A program made the translations under genes and the position numbers. The notes beneath the pieces are model-generated. The model did not search any database, was not told the origin of the DNA, and saw only the letters and a program-made list of their open reading frames with translations. A DNA stretch of 64,000 nucleotides from an uncultured Pseudomonadota bacterium (GTDB lineage Bacteria; Pseudomonadota; Alphaproteobacteria; Rs-D84; CACZYB01): the NCBI GenBank assembly GCA_902785275.1, contig CACZYB010000001.1:206608-270607 (forward strand). Reading direction: 5' to 3'. Shown piece after piece: positions 27,685-38,451 of this stretch (within the stretch, counting starts at the first letter, position 1; the number at the start of each line of letters is the position of its first letter).

Positions 27685-29526
27685 TTAACGTTTTACATAC
27701 TTAAGTAAAGCAGTCAAGCCCGCAGGTGTCATACCAGGAATTCTTGATGCACTTGCCAAAGTTGTAGGTTTTGCCTTTTCAAGCTTTGCTCTCAACTCCA
27801 AATTAAGACCACCGATTTTACTATAATCTATATTATAAGGAATAGTCAATTCTTGATCTTTTTTATACGAAGCAATATCTTGTTCCTGACGTTTAAGATA
27901 ACCTTGATACTTTCCCTCAATTTCAACTTGTTTAACAATATTATATGGAAAATCATTTACTTCTGGGAACATAGTTTTTATTTTATCCATATCTATATCA
28001 CTATATTTCAATGCTTCATAAGCATTTACCCCAGCGGCACCACAACCTTCACAATCAACAAGTCTAAGCTTTTTATTATTAACTTTTTTTGCCTTCAAAA
28101 GATTTTTCAAACTTTCAATTTGTTTCATCTTTTCATTGAAAAGTTTTTCTCTCTTTTTTCCAACACAACCAATTTTCAAACCTATTGGTGTAAGTCTTTG
28201 ATCGGCATTATCTGCCCTTATACTTAATCTATATTCTGATCTTGCGGTAAACATTCTGTATGGTTCATCAACACCAAGTGTTGTAATATCATCAACTAAA
28301 ACACCAATATAAGCCTGACTTCTATCAAGTATAATTTCATCTTCACCCTTTGCAAAAAGCCCTGCATTAAGTCCTGCTAAAATACCCTGAGATGCAGCTT
28401 CTTCATAACCACTTGTTCCATTTATCTGACCTGCAAAATAAAGTCCATTAATACGTTTTGAACCAAGTGTTGGTTTAAGCTCTCTTGCATCAATCGCATC
28501 ATATTCAATCGCATAACCATAACGAAGAATTTTAACATTCTCCAATCCCTTTATAGAGTGGATAAAATCTTCTTGCACATCCTTTGGTAAAGACGTTGAA
28601 ATACCATTAGGATAAATCACATCCGAACCATAACCTTCTTGTTCCAAAAATATATGATGACTTGGGTGTGAAGCAAATCTAACAACCTTATCTTCAATAC
28701 TTGGACAATATCTTGGCCCAATAGATTTTATCTGACCATTATAAAGTGGAGTTCTATCCTTATTATCAGTAATAATCTTATGTGTTTTTTCATTTGTATA
28801 AGTTATATAACAAGGAAGTAACTCTTGTGAAATCTTCTCTGTCATATAAGAAAAAGCTTCCGGAGGATTATCACTTTCTTGACACTCTAAACCATCATAA
28901 TTTATAGTAGCCATAGAAAGCCTTGCTGGTGTTCCAGTTTTAAGTCTTAATATTTCAAATCCTGCTTTTTTCAAGGATTCTGTAATACCATAACTTGCCT
29001 TTTCACCAATTCTTCCACCTTTAGTTTGTTCTTCACCGGTATGCATAACACCGTTTAAGAAAGTACCTGTTGTAATGACAACTGATTTACATTTTATTTC
29101 TCCGTTATTTTTAAGAACTACCCCTTTAACAGAAGAAAACTTCTCATCAAACAAAATTTCAACAGCTTCATCTTCAATAATAGTCAAAGTTTCTTGCTCT
29201 GCCAAAATTTCATTCACAGCCTTTTTATACAAAGCTCTATCCGCCTGTGCTCTTGGTCCTTGAACCGCAGCACCCTTTGATGCATTAAGAACTCTAAATT
29301 GTGTACCAGCTTTATCAATAGCCCTTGCCATAACACCATCTAAAGCATCAATTTCACGAACCAAATGCCCCTTTCCAAGACCACCAATAGAAGGGTTACA
29401 AGACATTTCACCAATGTTTGTTTTCATAAAAGTAACAAGTGCTGTTTTAAGACCTAATCTTGCCGATGCAGAACTTGCTTCTATACCGGCATGACCGCCA
29501 CCAATAACTACGACATCATAATCCAT
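27685..29526 (-). CDS. mnmG: tRNA uridine-5-carboxymethylaminomethyl modification enzyme MnmG (GidA)
   Basis: GGGHAG.EA, MSCNPSIGGLGKG, RLKTGTP, GPRYCPSIEDK, AGQINGTSGYEEAA. Confidence 0.98.
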   Translation of the reverse strand: MDYDVVVIGGGHAGIEASSASARLGLKTALVTFMKTNIGEMSCNPSIGGLGKGHLVREIDALDGVMARAIDKAGTQFRVLNASKGAAVQGPRAQADRALYKKAVNEILAEQETLTIIEDEAVEILFDEKFSSVKGVVLKNNGEIKCKSVVITTGTFLNGVMHTGEEQTKGGRIGEKASYGITESLKKAGFEILRLKTGTPARLSMATINYDGLECQESDNPPEAFSYMTEKISQELLPCYITYTNEKTHKIITDNKDRTPLYNGQIKSIGPRYCPSIEDKVVRFASHPSHHIFLEQEGYGSDVIYPNGISTSLPKDVQEDFIHSIKGLENVKILRYGYAIEYDAIDARELKPTLGSKRINGLYFAGQINGTSGYEEAASQGILAGLNAGLFAKGEDEIILDRSQAYIGVLVDDITTLGVDEPYRMFTARSEYRLSIRADNADQRLTPIGLKIGCVGKKREKLFNEKMKQIESLKNLLKAKKVNNKKLRLVDCEGCGAAGVNAYEALKYSDIDMDKIKTMFPEVNDFPYNIVKQVEIEGKYQGYLKRQEQDIASYKKDQELTIPYNIDYSKIGGLNLELRAKLEKAKPTTLASASRIPGMTPAGLTALLKYVKR

Positions 29527-29619
29527 TTTTTGCCTCAAATATTCAGATAAAATATAAGCCTTATTATAACAATAACAAGGCAAATATCAACTGTTTTTAT
29601 AAATTAATAATTAAAATTA

Positions 29620-30393
29620 TTATCTATCAAAATCCAATATTTTCTTTATATGATGAATAAAAGAGACTCTATCTGTAAAAGAAATAAAGTCATCTGGATT
29701 TTCGTTATACAACTTTTCCCTATTTGCATATTTACCATATCCAACAGCAATAGTTTTCATACCTGCATTCTTACCCATCTTTATATCATTAGGAGAATCC
29801 CCAATCATTACAGCTCTTTCAATAGGAATTCCAATTTCCTGTGCAATATAATGAACTATTGCGGGATGTGGTTTATCTTTATAATTTCTACCACCTTCTG
29901 TTGCTTCTACCATTTCAAAGCAATCACGAACTTCTTCTTTTTGTAAAAACTTAAGTATAGAATGTAAATCACGGGAAGAAGCAATTGCTAATGCAATATC
30001 TGTCTTTGCTAATGATTTAATAACATCCTTCATTTCATCAAAAAACCTCATTTTATTGATAAAATAAGTATCATTCGAAAGTTTAGTAACCAAAGGAGTA
30101 AATTTTGTTCTGTAAATTTCTTTTTGTTCTTCCAAATTTTTACCCCAACCAATATATTCTTTATCCCATTTATCAAAGATTTTTTCAACAATCTCTTTTG
30201 TACAAGGAAGCTCAAGCATTATCATTGCCTTTGCATTTACTTCAAAAAACATATCTTGAGATTGAACCAATGTTTCATCAAAATCAAAAACAGCTAATTT
30301 TGTTTTTTCAGGTTTATAACCATACATACGAACAGGAACAGCCTTAAATTTATTTACCAATATATTATTTTTTTCTATTGAATTCATTTTCAC
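29620..30393 (-). CDS. HAD-superfamily hydrolase (Gph-like)
   Basis: VFDFDETL, KPHP, MIGDSPND. Confidence 0.88.
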   Translation of the reverse strand: MKMNSIEKNNILVNKFKAVPVRMYGYKPEKTKLAVFDFDETLVQSQDMFFEVNAKAMIMLELPCTKEIVEKIFDKWDKEYIGWGKNLEEQKEIYRTKFTPLVTKLSNDTYFINKMRFFDEMKDVIKSLAKTDIALAIASSRDLHSILKFLQKEEVRDCFEMVEATEGGRNYKDKPHPAIVHYIAQEIGIPIERAVMIGDSPNDIKMGKNAGMKTIAVGYGKYANREKLYNENPDDFISFTDRVSFIHHIKKILDFDR

Positions 30394-30459
30394 ACCTTGT
30401 TATCATTAGCTTTATTAACTTAAATTTAATTGCTAGGATTTTAAACAAAGGAAAATATT

Positions 30460-33400
30460 ATGTCAAGTAAAAATATATATCCGGAAACTATTGCTAAACC
30501 AAACTTTCCAAAGATAGAAGAGCAAATTCTTGATTTTTGGAATAAAAACAAGATTTTTGAACGTTCTGTTGATGAACGTGAAGAAAAGAATGAATTCGTA
30601 TTCTATGATGGTCCTCCATTTGCAAATGGACTTCCACACTATGGTCACGTATTGCAAAGCTTTATGAAAGATAGCGTTGCACGTTACCAAACTATGCTTG
30701 GTCGAAAGGTAAAACGTCGCTGGGGTTGGGATTGTCACGGTCTTCCACCTGAACTTAAAACAGAAAAAGATCTTGGCATTTCAGGAAAGAAAGCTATTGA
30801 AGCATACGGCGTTGATAAATTTACAACAAAATGTCGTGAAGATGTTTTGACCTATACAAAAGAATGGAAAGGTATTATTAACCGTCTTGGCCGTTGGGTT
30901 GATATGGAAAATGCTTATAAAACTATGGATAAAGAATATTCCGAAAGTATCCTTTGGGCATTCAAAACATTGTATGAAAAAGGTTTACTTTACGAAGATT
31001 TCCGTATACTTCCTTATTCATGGGCTGCGGAAACACCTCTTTCAAACTTCGAAGTAAATCAGGGTTATCAGGATAAAACAGATAACACTGCAACCGTAAA
31101 ATTCCATCTTGAAAATGGTTTAACATTACTTGCTTGGACAACAACACCATGGACTCTTCCATCAAACTTAATGCTTGTTGTTGGTCGTGATATTGACTAC
31201 TCTGTTTATGAATTAAATGGTGAAAATCTTGTTCTTGCAACTGCACGTGTTCCTGCATATAAAAAAGAACTTGAAAAAGCTACTTTCGTTCGTGAAGTAA
31301 AAGGAAGCGAACTTGTTGGTTTACACTATACGCCACTTTTTCCATACTTTGCAGACTATCGTGAAAAATATGATGCATTTCAGGTTCTTTCTGGTGAATA
31401 TGTTTCAACCGAAGATGGTACAGGTATAGTTCACACAGCACCAGGATTTGGTGAGGATGATTTCTCTGTATGTAAATCTTTCAATAAAGATTTCCCTGTA
31501 CTTTGCCCAGTTGATAGCGAAGGAAAATTTACATCCGAAGTTTCCGATTATGCTGGTATGCAAGTATTCGATACAAACGATTTAATATTCACAAGATTAA
31601 AGGAAGAAGGAAAGCTCTTCCAAAAATCACAAATAACTCACTCTTACCCATTCTGTTGGAGAACAGATAAACCTCTTATCTACAAAGCAATGAGTTCATG
31701 GTTCGTACGTGTAGAAGATATAAAAGAAGAGTTATTAAAAGCAAACGAAAATATAACATGGATTCCTGAACACATAAAATATGGTCGTTTTGGTAAATGG
31801 CTTGAAGGAGCCAGAGATTGGTCTATTTCCAGAAATAGATTCTGGGGTGCTCCACTTCCTGTATGGAAATCTGATGATCCAAAATACCCAAGAATTGATG
31901 TATTCGGTTCTATTGCTGAAATTGAAAAAGCATCTGGTATGAAGGTTGTTGATTTACACCGTCCATACATTGATCAAATAGTATATCCAAACCCAGATGA
32001 TCCAACAGGAAAATCAATGATGCGCCGTATTCCTGATGTATTTGATTGTTGGTTCGAAAGTGGTTCTATGCCATTTGCATCTTGCCACTATCCATTCGAA
32101 AATAAGGAATGGTTCGATAAAAACTTCCCATCAGATTTCATCGTAGAAGGTACCGATCAAACACGTGGTTGGTTCTATACATTAACAGTATTGGGTGTTG
32201 CCTTGTTTGGTCGTGCACCATTTAAAACTTGTGTATGCTCTGGCTTTGTTTTCGATGAAAAAGGTCAAAAACTTTCAAAAAAATTAAAGAATTATTCTGA
32301 ACCAACAGAATTCTTTAATAAATACGGTTCTGATGCTCTAAGATGGATTATGCTTGCATCTCCGGCTTTAAGAGGTGAAATGATTCGTCTTTCAAAAGAA
32401 GGAACAGAAATTGCTGTTTCATCAAGAAAGGCTCAAATCCCATTCTATAACGCATACCACTTCTTCACATTGTACGCAAATGCTGATGGTATAAAAGCAA
32501 GCTATGATACATCTTCTGATGAAATTATGGATAAATACATTCTTTCAAAGCTTGAAGAATTAAAGGAAATCACAACAAAGGCACTAAGTCACTATGATAT
32601 CGCGACATTCTGTACCGAAGTTGAAAAATTCCTTGATATACTTAACAATTGGTATATTCGTCAATGCCGTGAAAGATTCTGGGGTACCAGCGTATCAAAA
32701 GAAACTCAAATAAAGGCGTTTAACACCCTTTACACAGTATTAATTGATATAACAAAGATAATCGCACCAATTATGCCATTCATAAGCGAATTCGTTTATA
32801 AAAACCTAACTGGTGAAGATTCTGTACATCTTGCACTTTATCCAAAGGTAACAAACGTAAAAGATTCTGCATTAATTTCTGCAATGGATACTGTAATTGC
32901 TATTTGCTCTAGTGCAAAAACCTTGCGTGAGGAAGCAAAAATCCGTAATCGTCAACCATTACAGGCTATGACTATTGCATCACCTAAATCCGAAGATTTA
33001 AAACCTTATGCTGATATTATAAAAACAGAGTGTAATGTAAAAGAAATTACTTTCACAACAGATATTGATAAATATGCGAAAAAGCTTCTTTATATTTACA
33101 CACCTATCGTTGGAAAGCGTCTTGGCCGTGCATTGGCAGAAATCCAAAAAGCTGCAAAACAAAACCAATACGAAATAGTAGACAATATTTGTAAGGTTGC
33201 CGGATACGAATTACAACCAAACGAATTTGAAATAAAGGTTGAAGTTCTTGGTAATTTCAAGGGTAAATCAACATCTGATAATTCAGCTGTGGTTCTTCTT
33301 GATACAACAATCACTCCAGAACTTAAAATCGAAGGTATTATTCGTGATTTTATTCGTGCTATACAAGAAAACAGAAAGAACAAAGATTTCAACGTTTCTG

Positions 33401-33573
33401 ACAGAATAACAATCAAATACAATTCAAATTCTGAAGAAATTATTTCTGGTGTAAAGAAGTTTGAATCTGAAATTTCAACAACCACTTTAGCAACAAGTAT
33501 TTCATTTACTCCATCGCCTCTAAGTGAAAAGTTGGAAGAAACAGATTTAACTTATGAAATTGAAAAAATATAA
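30460..33573 (+). CDS. ileS: Isoleucyl-tRNA synthetase, type 2
   Basis: DGPPFANGLPHYGH, WTTTPWTLP, GTGIVH.APGFG.DD, KLSKK, no C-terminal Zn finger. Confidence 0.98.
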   Translation: MSSKNIYPETIAKPNFPKIEEQILDFWNKNKIFERSVDEREEKNEFVFYDGPPFANGLPHYGHVLQSFMKDSVARYQTMLGRKVKRRWGWDCHGLPPELKTEKDLGISGKKAIEAYGVDKFTTKCREDVLTYTKEWKGIINRLGRWVDMENAYKTMDKEYSESILWAFKTLYEKGLLYEDFRILPYSWAAETPLSNFEVNQGYQDKTDNTATVKFHLENGLTLLAWTTTPWTLPSNLMLVVGRDIDYSVYELNGENLVLATARVPAYKKELEKATFVREVKGSELVGLHYTPLFPYFADYREKYDAFQVLSGEYVSTEDGTGIVHTAPGFGEDDFSVCKSFNKDFPVLCPVDSEGKFTSEVSDYAGMQVFDTNDLIFTRLKEEGKLFQKSQITHSYPFCWRTDKPLIYKAMSSWFVRVEDIKEELLKANENITWIPEHIKYGRFGKWLEGARDWSISRNRFWGAPLPVWKSDDPKYPRIDVFGSIAEIEKASGMKVVDLHRPYIDQIVYPNPDDPTGKSMMRRIPDVFDCWFESGSMPFASCHYPFENKEWFDKNFPSDFIVEGTDQTRGWFYTLTVLGVALFGRAPFKTCVCSGFVFDEKGQKLSKKLKNYSEPTEFFNKYGSDALRWIMLASPALRGEMIRLSKEGTEIAVSSRKAQIPFYNAYHFFTLYANADGIKASYDTSSDEIMDKYILSKLEELKEITTKALSHYDIATFCTEVEKFLDILNNWYIRQCRERFWGTSVSKETQIKAFNTLYTVLIDITKIIAPIMPFISEFVYKNLTGEDSVHLALYPKVTNVKDSALISAMDTVIAICSSAKTLREEAKIRNRQPLQAMTIASPKSEDLKPYADIIKTECNVKEITFTTDIDKYAKKLLYIYTPIVGKRLGRALAEIQKAAKQNQYEIVDNICKVAGYELQPNEFEIKVEVLGNFKGKSTSDNSAVVLLDTTITPELKIEGIIRDFIRAIQENRKNKDFNVSDRITIKYNSNSEEIISGVKKFESEISTTTLATSISFTPSPLSEKLEETDLTYEIEKI

Positions 33574-33578
33574 AAAAG

Positions 33579-33605
33579 AAAACCGGTGAAAAAGCCGGTT
33601 TTTTT
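33579..33605 (+). terminator. Intrinsic terminator
   Basis: AAAACCGG...CCGGTTTT plus T-run. Confidence 0.75.
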
Positions 33606-33661
33606 ATAAAATCATTGCCTAAAATTAAAAAATATGCTATATTAAAGTCAAAGGATAGAGA

Positions 33662-34003
33662 ATGAGTACACAGGAAAAACTTTACTTAATAATGGTAAAT
33701 AAGCGTGACGAAAGATGTATCTTTCTTACACCAAAGGATATTTCTAAACTTAAAATAACAAATCCTGAAATTGTTTACGATGGCGGTGAACACGCAATTC
33801 TATATCGCAGTGAAAAGGAAAGTATCTTACTTGATTACATACCTGAATCGCAAAGAAATGAGCTTACAAAACTATCTGAAATCCTTGTTGTTGAATACGA
33901 TGTTAATAAAAAGGATATTGCCAACGAATATATGGCAAAGATTACAATATTAAATAAAATTCCTAATATATCAAAAGATTTAAAGGTAATCGCAAAAAAA
34001 TAA
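33662..34003 (+). CDS. Hypothetical protein
   Basis: 113-aa ORF with RBS, YDGGEHAILYR motif. Confidence 0.7.
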   Translation: MSTQEKLYLIMVNKRDERCIFLTPKDISKLKITNPEIVYDGGEHAILYRSEKESILLDYIPESQRNELTKLSEILVVEYDVNKKDIANEYMAKITILNKIPNISKDLKVIAKK

Positions 34004-34024
34004 GGCATATTTCTATGCCCTATC

Positions 34025-34510
34025 CTACTTTTTAACCTTAATTTTACGATTTTTCTGTTTCGAAGCCAAAGTTTTTGGTAAATGTATCTTAAGAACACCA
34101 TTCGAAAAACTTGCTTCTGTATTATCAATATCCACATCAGCTGGCAAAGGAATTGTTCTGCTTACCATACCATAAGAACGTTCAGAAAAATACCTTCCAT
34201 TCGATTTATTTTCAACATTACTTCGCTTTTCCCCACGTACAGTCAAATAACCATCCTCTGACACATCTATATCAATATCATCATCGTTCATTCCAGGAAG
34301 TTCAACCGATATATTAATATCATTTTCCCCATCAACCATCTCTACTTTAGGTTCAATAAAACTAAAATCACTCAAAGATGTTAATGGATAATCCAAGATA
34401 TTAAAGAAATTATCAAAAGCTCTGTTTATATTATGACGAAGTTCGCCAACTTTTTTACTATAATTTTTCTGAGGAAGATTGTGTTTACCCTCACATTTAT
34501 TACATACCAT
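34025..34510 (-). CDS. Small heat-shock protein Hsp20/alpha-crystallin
   Basis: ELPG...DI, L.VRGEK, ERSYG...R.I.LP, A.FSNGVL.I.LPK. RBS GGAGG before ATG 34510. Confidence 0.93.
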   Translation of the reverse strand: MVCNKCEGKHNLPQKNYSKKVGELRHNINRAFDNFFNILDYPLTSLSDFSFIEPKVEMVDGENDINISVELPGMNDDDIDIDVSEDGYLTVRGEKRSNVENKSNGRYFSERSYGMVSRTIPLPADVDIDNTEASFSNGVLKIHLPKTLASKQKNRKIKVKK

Positions 34511-34600
34511 AATGCCTCCTTTGTTTTTACACAAACCACACTATGCAGTAAGGATAACACCAAACATTACATAAAGATATAGGTATATCTTCAAAAAGAA

Positions 34601-34903
34601 TTAGAAATCTTCTTCTTCATCAGAGTAGTAATTTGTTTTTGATACAGTTTGTTCATCACTATCCATATCAAAGAACATTTCCGATTCGGAAAGATCAACC
34701 ACTTCATCGTTAACATCTAATTCTTCTATTTGATCTACTGGTTTAACTTCAGTCTTTTTCTTTTTTCTGATAAATTCAATTTCGTCTTCCTCAGTTAAGT
34801 TCTTTTTACACTTAGGACAAACGATAACTTCCTTTTTCATATCATAAAACATAGCGCCACAAAAAGGACAAATATGTTTCTTACCCCAGTTTTCTTTAAC
34901 CAT
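34601..34903 (-). CDS. TIGR02300/FYDLN-acid family protein
   Basis: WG.K..CP.CGAMFYD......CPKC plus acidic tail. Confidence 0.88.
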   Translation of the reverse strand: MVKENWGKKHICPFCGAMFYDMKKEVIVCPKCKKNLTEEDEIEFIRKKKKTEVKPVDQIEELDVNDEVVDLSESEMFFDMDSDEQTVSKTNYYSDEEEDF

Positions 34904-34976
34904 AATATAGACCTCTCTATTTAATAGATTAAACACTTGAAAAATATAACCATATAAGAAAAAGTCAAGAAAAAAG

Positions 34977-35678
34977 TTACCAAGCCTTACAAAGATTTTT
35001 TACTCTCTGATATTCTTCTTTGCTATCATAGGTATTATTATTTTCAATCAAAGCCTTTTCTAGCTTTGATCTTAAGATTTTTATGTTCCTATTTTCGAAC
35101 ACCATTTTTTGAATTTCATTCCCAAGTTTTTTTTCTGAAATCTTTTCATCAAAAAACATCGGACCAACATCACTTGCAATACGTCTAAGCTCTTTTAAGA
35201 TTAACGAACCATAATATTTAAGTTCTTTTCTGTAAATAGCAACATGTCCCAATTCATGCTCTTTTATCGCATTATATTCACAACTACCCTCTTCATATTT
35301 ATCATCTATAAGCACATCAATATTCTTGTATCCTATAGTAAAATTAATATTGGAAAGTATCGCACAAATACCATCATTTATTTTATATCTTCCAAAACCG
35401 AAGTCATATTTAATACCAAAATTCGACTTTGTAAGACCCAAAGTAGCTTTTGGGTTTTTTAAATTTTTTAAATCAGAAATTTCCTCTCTTGGTACCGATT
35501 TAACAACAACATTACCATACTTTATTTGTGTTGTAACATTAGGTTCCTTATAGAAAGTTTCACAAAGTTCATTTGCATAAACAGGCAATGAAAAATATAA
35601 AAAGCCGGCTATTTTCAAAGTTTTTATGACAAAATTACTTAAAAGAGTCAAGATAAACCTCCACAAATTTATCTCCAT
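34977..35678 (-). CDS. Exported hypothetical protein with HExxH motif
   Basis: TLGLT, CEY..I..HELGHV. Start uncertain, overlaps the virB4 end. Confidence 0.65.
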   Translation of the reverse strand: MEINLWRFILTLLSNFVIKTLKIAGFLYFSLPVYANELCETFYKEPNVTTQIKYGNVVVKSVPREEISDLKNLKNPKATLGLTKSNFGIKYDFGFGRYKINDGICAILSNINFTIGYKNIDVLIDDKYEEGSCEYNAIKEHELGHVAIYRKELKYYGSLILKELRRIASDVGPMFFDEKISEKKLGNEIQKMVFENRNIKILRSKLEKALIENNNTYDSKEEYQRVKNLCKAW

Positions 35679-38070
35679 GAAGTTTTCTTAATTCTTCAAC
35701 CAAAAGAACTTGCTTTCTACCACTATTAAATATTTGAAGATATGGACCAAGTCCTGATAAATCAACATTCAAGATAACAGATTCATCAATAGAAGGTTTT
35801 CTAAACAATATTGCATATTTCAAATCTTTAAATATCTTTCCTTGAATAAATGCCATTTCCTTTGGTGTAAGGTTCCAACTTTCGTAATCTTCAACCCTTG
35901 CTTGAACGTTTCTAAAGAATATTTGTGTCTGGCATTGACCACGAATAACTTCACCAATTCCAAGTTTATCCAAAACATTTGGTTGCTGGAATGCTGCCAA
36001 ATAAGCTTGTCTTTTCTTTCGACCTTCCTGAAGACCTATCACAAAATTCTTTCTGAATTCTGGATTTTGAAGCATAGGAGCAGTTTCATCGATTATAATA
36101 AGTGATGGATCACCAGTTCTTCCGGTAATATTTTGTATCCTGTTCATAATATAACTAACTACCGCCGGTGCCAAAGTTCCATCTTCAAAAATATATGTAA
36201 AATCAAATGCAGTAAATCTATTTGATAAATCCAAATTATCGCTATCACTATTAAAAAGCTCTCCATATTGGTTATCATCAACCCATCTGAATAACTCCCT
36301 TCTCATTTTTCCAGCAGGTGAAAAACATGATTTATAAAGGTTTTTAAGAGAACGTTTTTCAGGTTCCAAATAATCAAATGCAGTTGTCACCGCACGCGCA
36401 ATTTCATTCTCACTTACCGCATCATTAACCAAAGTTATTTCCTTAAGCCATCTTCTTAAAAAAGCTCTATTTTCAGGATTATCATCAATTCTAAATGGAT
36501 TAAGATGAGCAATAGTTCCTGTTTTCTTAATATCCTTATCTTTTGTATCACCATCAAAATTTATGTAAGAACCACCTATTGCATGGGTAAAAATCTCCGC
36601 ACCCCTGTATCTATCAAAGAAGAAGCATTTCAAATCTTTAAAACGTAATGATTGCCCAGCCAAGAAAGAATAAAGAGTTGTTTTACCTTGTCCAGTAGGA
36701 CCAATCGCAACAGTATGAGCCACCGCAGTAGGTTCCTCAGAAACATGAAATTCGAATTGATAAGCAGTTCCCTGATATGTTGGAAAAATTGCAACCGGTC
36801 CCTCACCCCAATCACACTTTGAAAAACCTTCTGGTTGCTTTTCAAAATTAAAACTTGTTGCCACAGCACGTGAAAGCATTTTATACATTCTTGGGTACTT
36901 ATCATATGTTGGAAATTGAGAGAACCATGATGCCTGAGCCACCCAACCTTCACGTACAGGTGTAATACCATAAAGACGACAAACCTTTTCTATTTCAAAT
37001 ACAACTGCATCAAGTTCTTTTAAGCTATCCGCACTAACAAAAAATGTTTCAGCATAATTTACCAATGTCTGATGATCTTCATCACCCTGTTCTATCAAAG
37101 CCAAAGCATCATCAAATTGTCTTAAAACATCATATGAAAAAGTTGTTGAACTTGCCATTCTTCGTTGATTAACCAAAACCATCTGTGCTTTAAGTTTTGA
37201 TATTGGGAAAAGGTTATGAAGTACAGTAATTTCAAAATTCTTTGATAATATATCGGAAAGCATTTGTTCATCAACACTGCTTGCCTGTTGCTTTATTCCA
37301 ACAACAGCCATATATTTTGTTCTGTTACCAGATGTAAATCTTATATATCCCTTATTACTAAAAAAAATTTCATCTGATACCAAAAGTTCAGAAATTCTAT
37401 CATAAATAATATTTTCAGACTTTGGATTTGGTCTACTTATCGGATTAATAACATGCGCAAAAAATGCAAGAGGACTTTCTTTTACACCATCTTCTTTTAA
37501 AATATCTACACCAAAATTTGAAAGAACCGCCTGCAAAGTAGATGTTGCAGTATCCAAATCTTTCATTGCATCCTTTCTATCATTAACAGAAAGAACAATA
37601 TAGTGAGTATTCATAAAAATCTCACTTTGAGCTTCATTCCATTTTTCGCTTATATCTTTCAAAAGTTTATTATAGTTATTAACGACCTTATCGGAATGAA
37701 CTTTTTCTCTTATGGTAAAAATACGTGTTTCAACACTTATCTCGGAAAGACTATCAATCCATTTCTTTCTATCTTCCAAAAACTCCTGAATAACTTCACG
37801 CTTTGCAAAGGCAAGAGAAACACCATTAACCTTAAAAACTCTAACTAATGTACCATTCTGACAAAGTATAGTTTTTTTATCGTTTAAAATTCTTTCAAAA
37901 GGAAGATAATTAACAAGTCTTGTATCAAAAGGCTTTGGAAGAAAAATATTTACCTTATCAGACATAAATACAACAATAATAACAGCAATCGCTATCAACG
38001 AAATAACCAAACCCCAATAATAAGAATTTGATAAACCAGCAACTAAAACATTTTCTAAATTAAAGTTCAT
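35635..38070 (-). CDS. virB4: Type IV secretion ATPase VirB4
   Basis: 811 aa, Walker A GPTGQGKT, FFFDR..GAE, Walker B IIIDE, follows the virB3-like gene. Confidence 0.88.
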   Translation of the reverse strand: MNFNLENVLVAGLSNSYYWGLVISLIAIAVIIVVFMSDKVNIFLPKPFDTRLVNYLPFERILNDKKTILCQNGTLVRVFKVNGVSLAFAKREVIQEFLEDRKKWIDSLSEISVETRIFTIREKVHSDKVVNNYNKLLKDISEKWNEAQSEIFMNTHYIVLSVNDRKDAMKDLDTATSTLQAVLSNFGVDILKEDGVKESPLAFFAHVINPISRPNPKSENIIYDRISELLVSDEIFFSNKGYIRFTSGNRTKYMAVVGIKQQASSVDEQMLSDILSKNFEITVLHNLFPISKLKAQMVLVNQRRMASSTTFSYDVLRQFDDALALIEQGDEDHQTLVNYAETFFVSADSLKELDAVVFEIEKVCRLYGITPVREGWVAQASWFSQFPTYDKYPRMYKMLSRAVATSFNFEKQPEGFSKCDWGEGPVAIFPTYQGTAYQFEFHVSEEPTAVAHTVAIGPTGQGKTTLYSFLAGQSLRFKDLKCFFFDRYRGAEIFTHAIGGSYINFDGDTKDKDIKKTGTIAHLNPFRIDDNPENRAFLRRWLKEITLVNDAVSENEIARAVTTAFDYLEPEKRSLKNLYKSCFSPAGKMRRELFRWVDDNQYGELFNSDSDNLDLSNRFTAFDFTYIFEDGTLAPAVVSYIMNRIQNITGRTGDPSLIIIDETAPMLQNPEFRKNFVIGLQEGRKKRQAYLAAFQQPNVLDKLGIGEVIRGQCQTQIFFRNVQARVEDYESWNLTPKEMAFIQGKIFKDLKYAILFRKPSIDESVILNVDLSGLGPYLQIFNSGRKQVLLVEELRKLHGDKFVEVYLDSFK

Positions 38071-38084
38071 TTTGTATTATTCCT

Positions 38085-38378
38085 CTAGGCTGTAAACTTA
38101 TTACCCTTTTCTCTAATTAAATTCTTTGTTCTTGCCCTAATATTTTTTCTTGAGGCTATAATATTATCAATATGAGGTTCATTTTTTCCAATAATCACTG
38201 CAATAAAGTGTAAAAATATGAACATCACAATAGGAATCCACATATAAACACCAAAACCGGTAATTAGAAACAAAATAATAAATGCAAAGGAAAAAGCAAC
38301 ATTCAAAAGAAAAAGTCCGAATGGTGCGAAAAAAACCTGCATAGGTTGAGCCACAGATTTAAGTAATTCCTCTTTCAA
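38085..38378 (-). CDS. virB3: Type IV secretion protein VirB3
   Basis: ~97 aa, P...F.AP motif, two TM helices, K.EP, directly upstream of virB4. Confidence 0.78.
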   Translation of the reverse strand: MKEELLKSVAQPMQVFFAPFGLFLLNVAFSFAFIILFLITGFGVYMWIPIVMFIFLHFIAVIIGKNEPHIDNIIASRKNIRARTKNLIREKGNKFTA

Positions 38379-38451
38379 AAATTCCCCCTCTTATAATATA
38401 TTAATATTATAAAATCATTATAAAATAAAAGCAATAATAAAACAAGGAATT

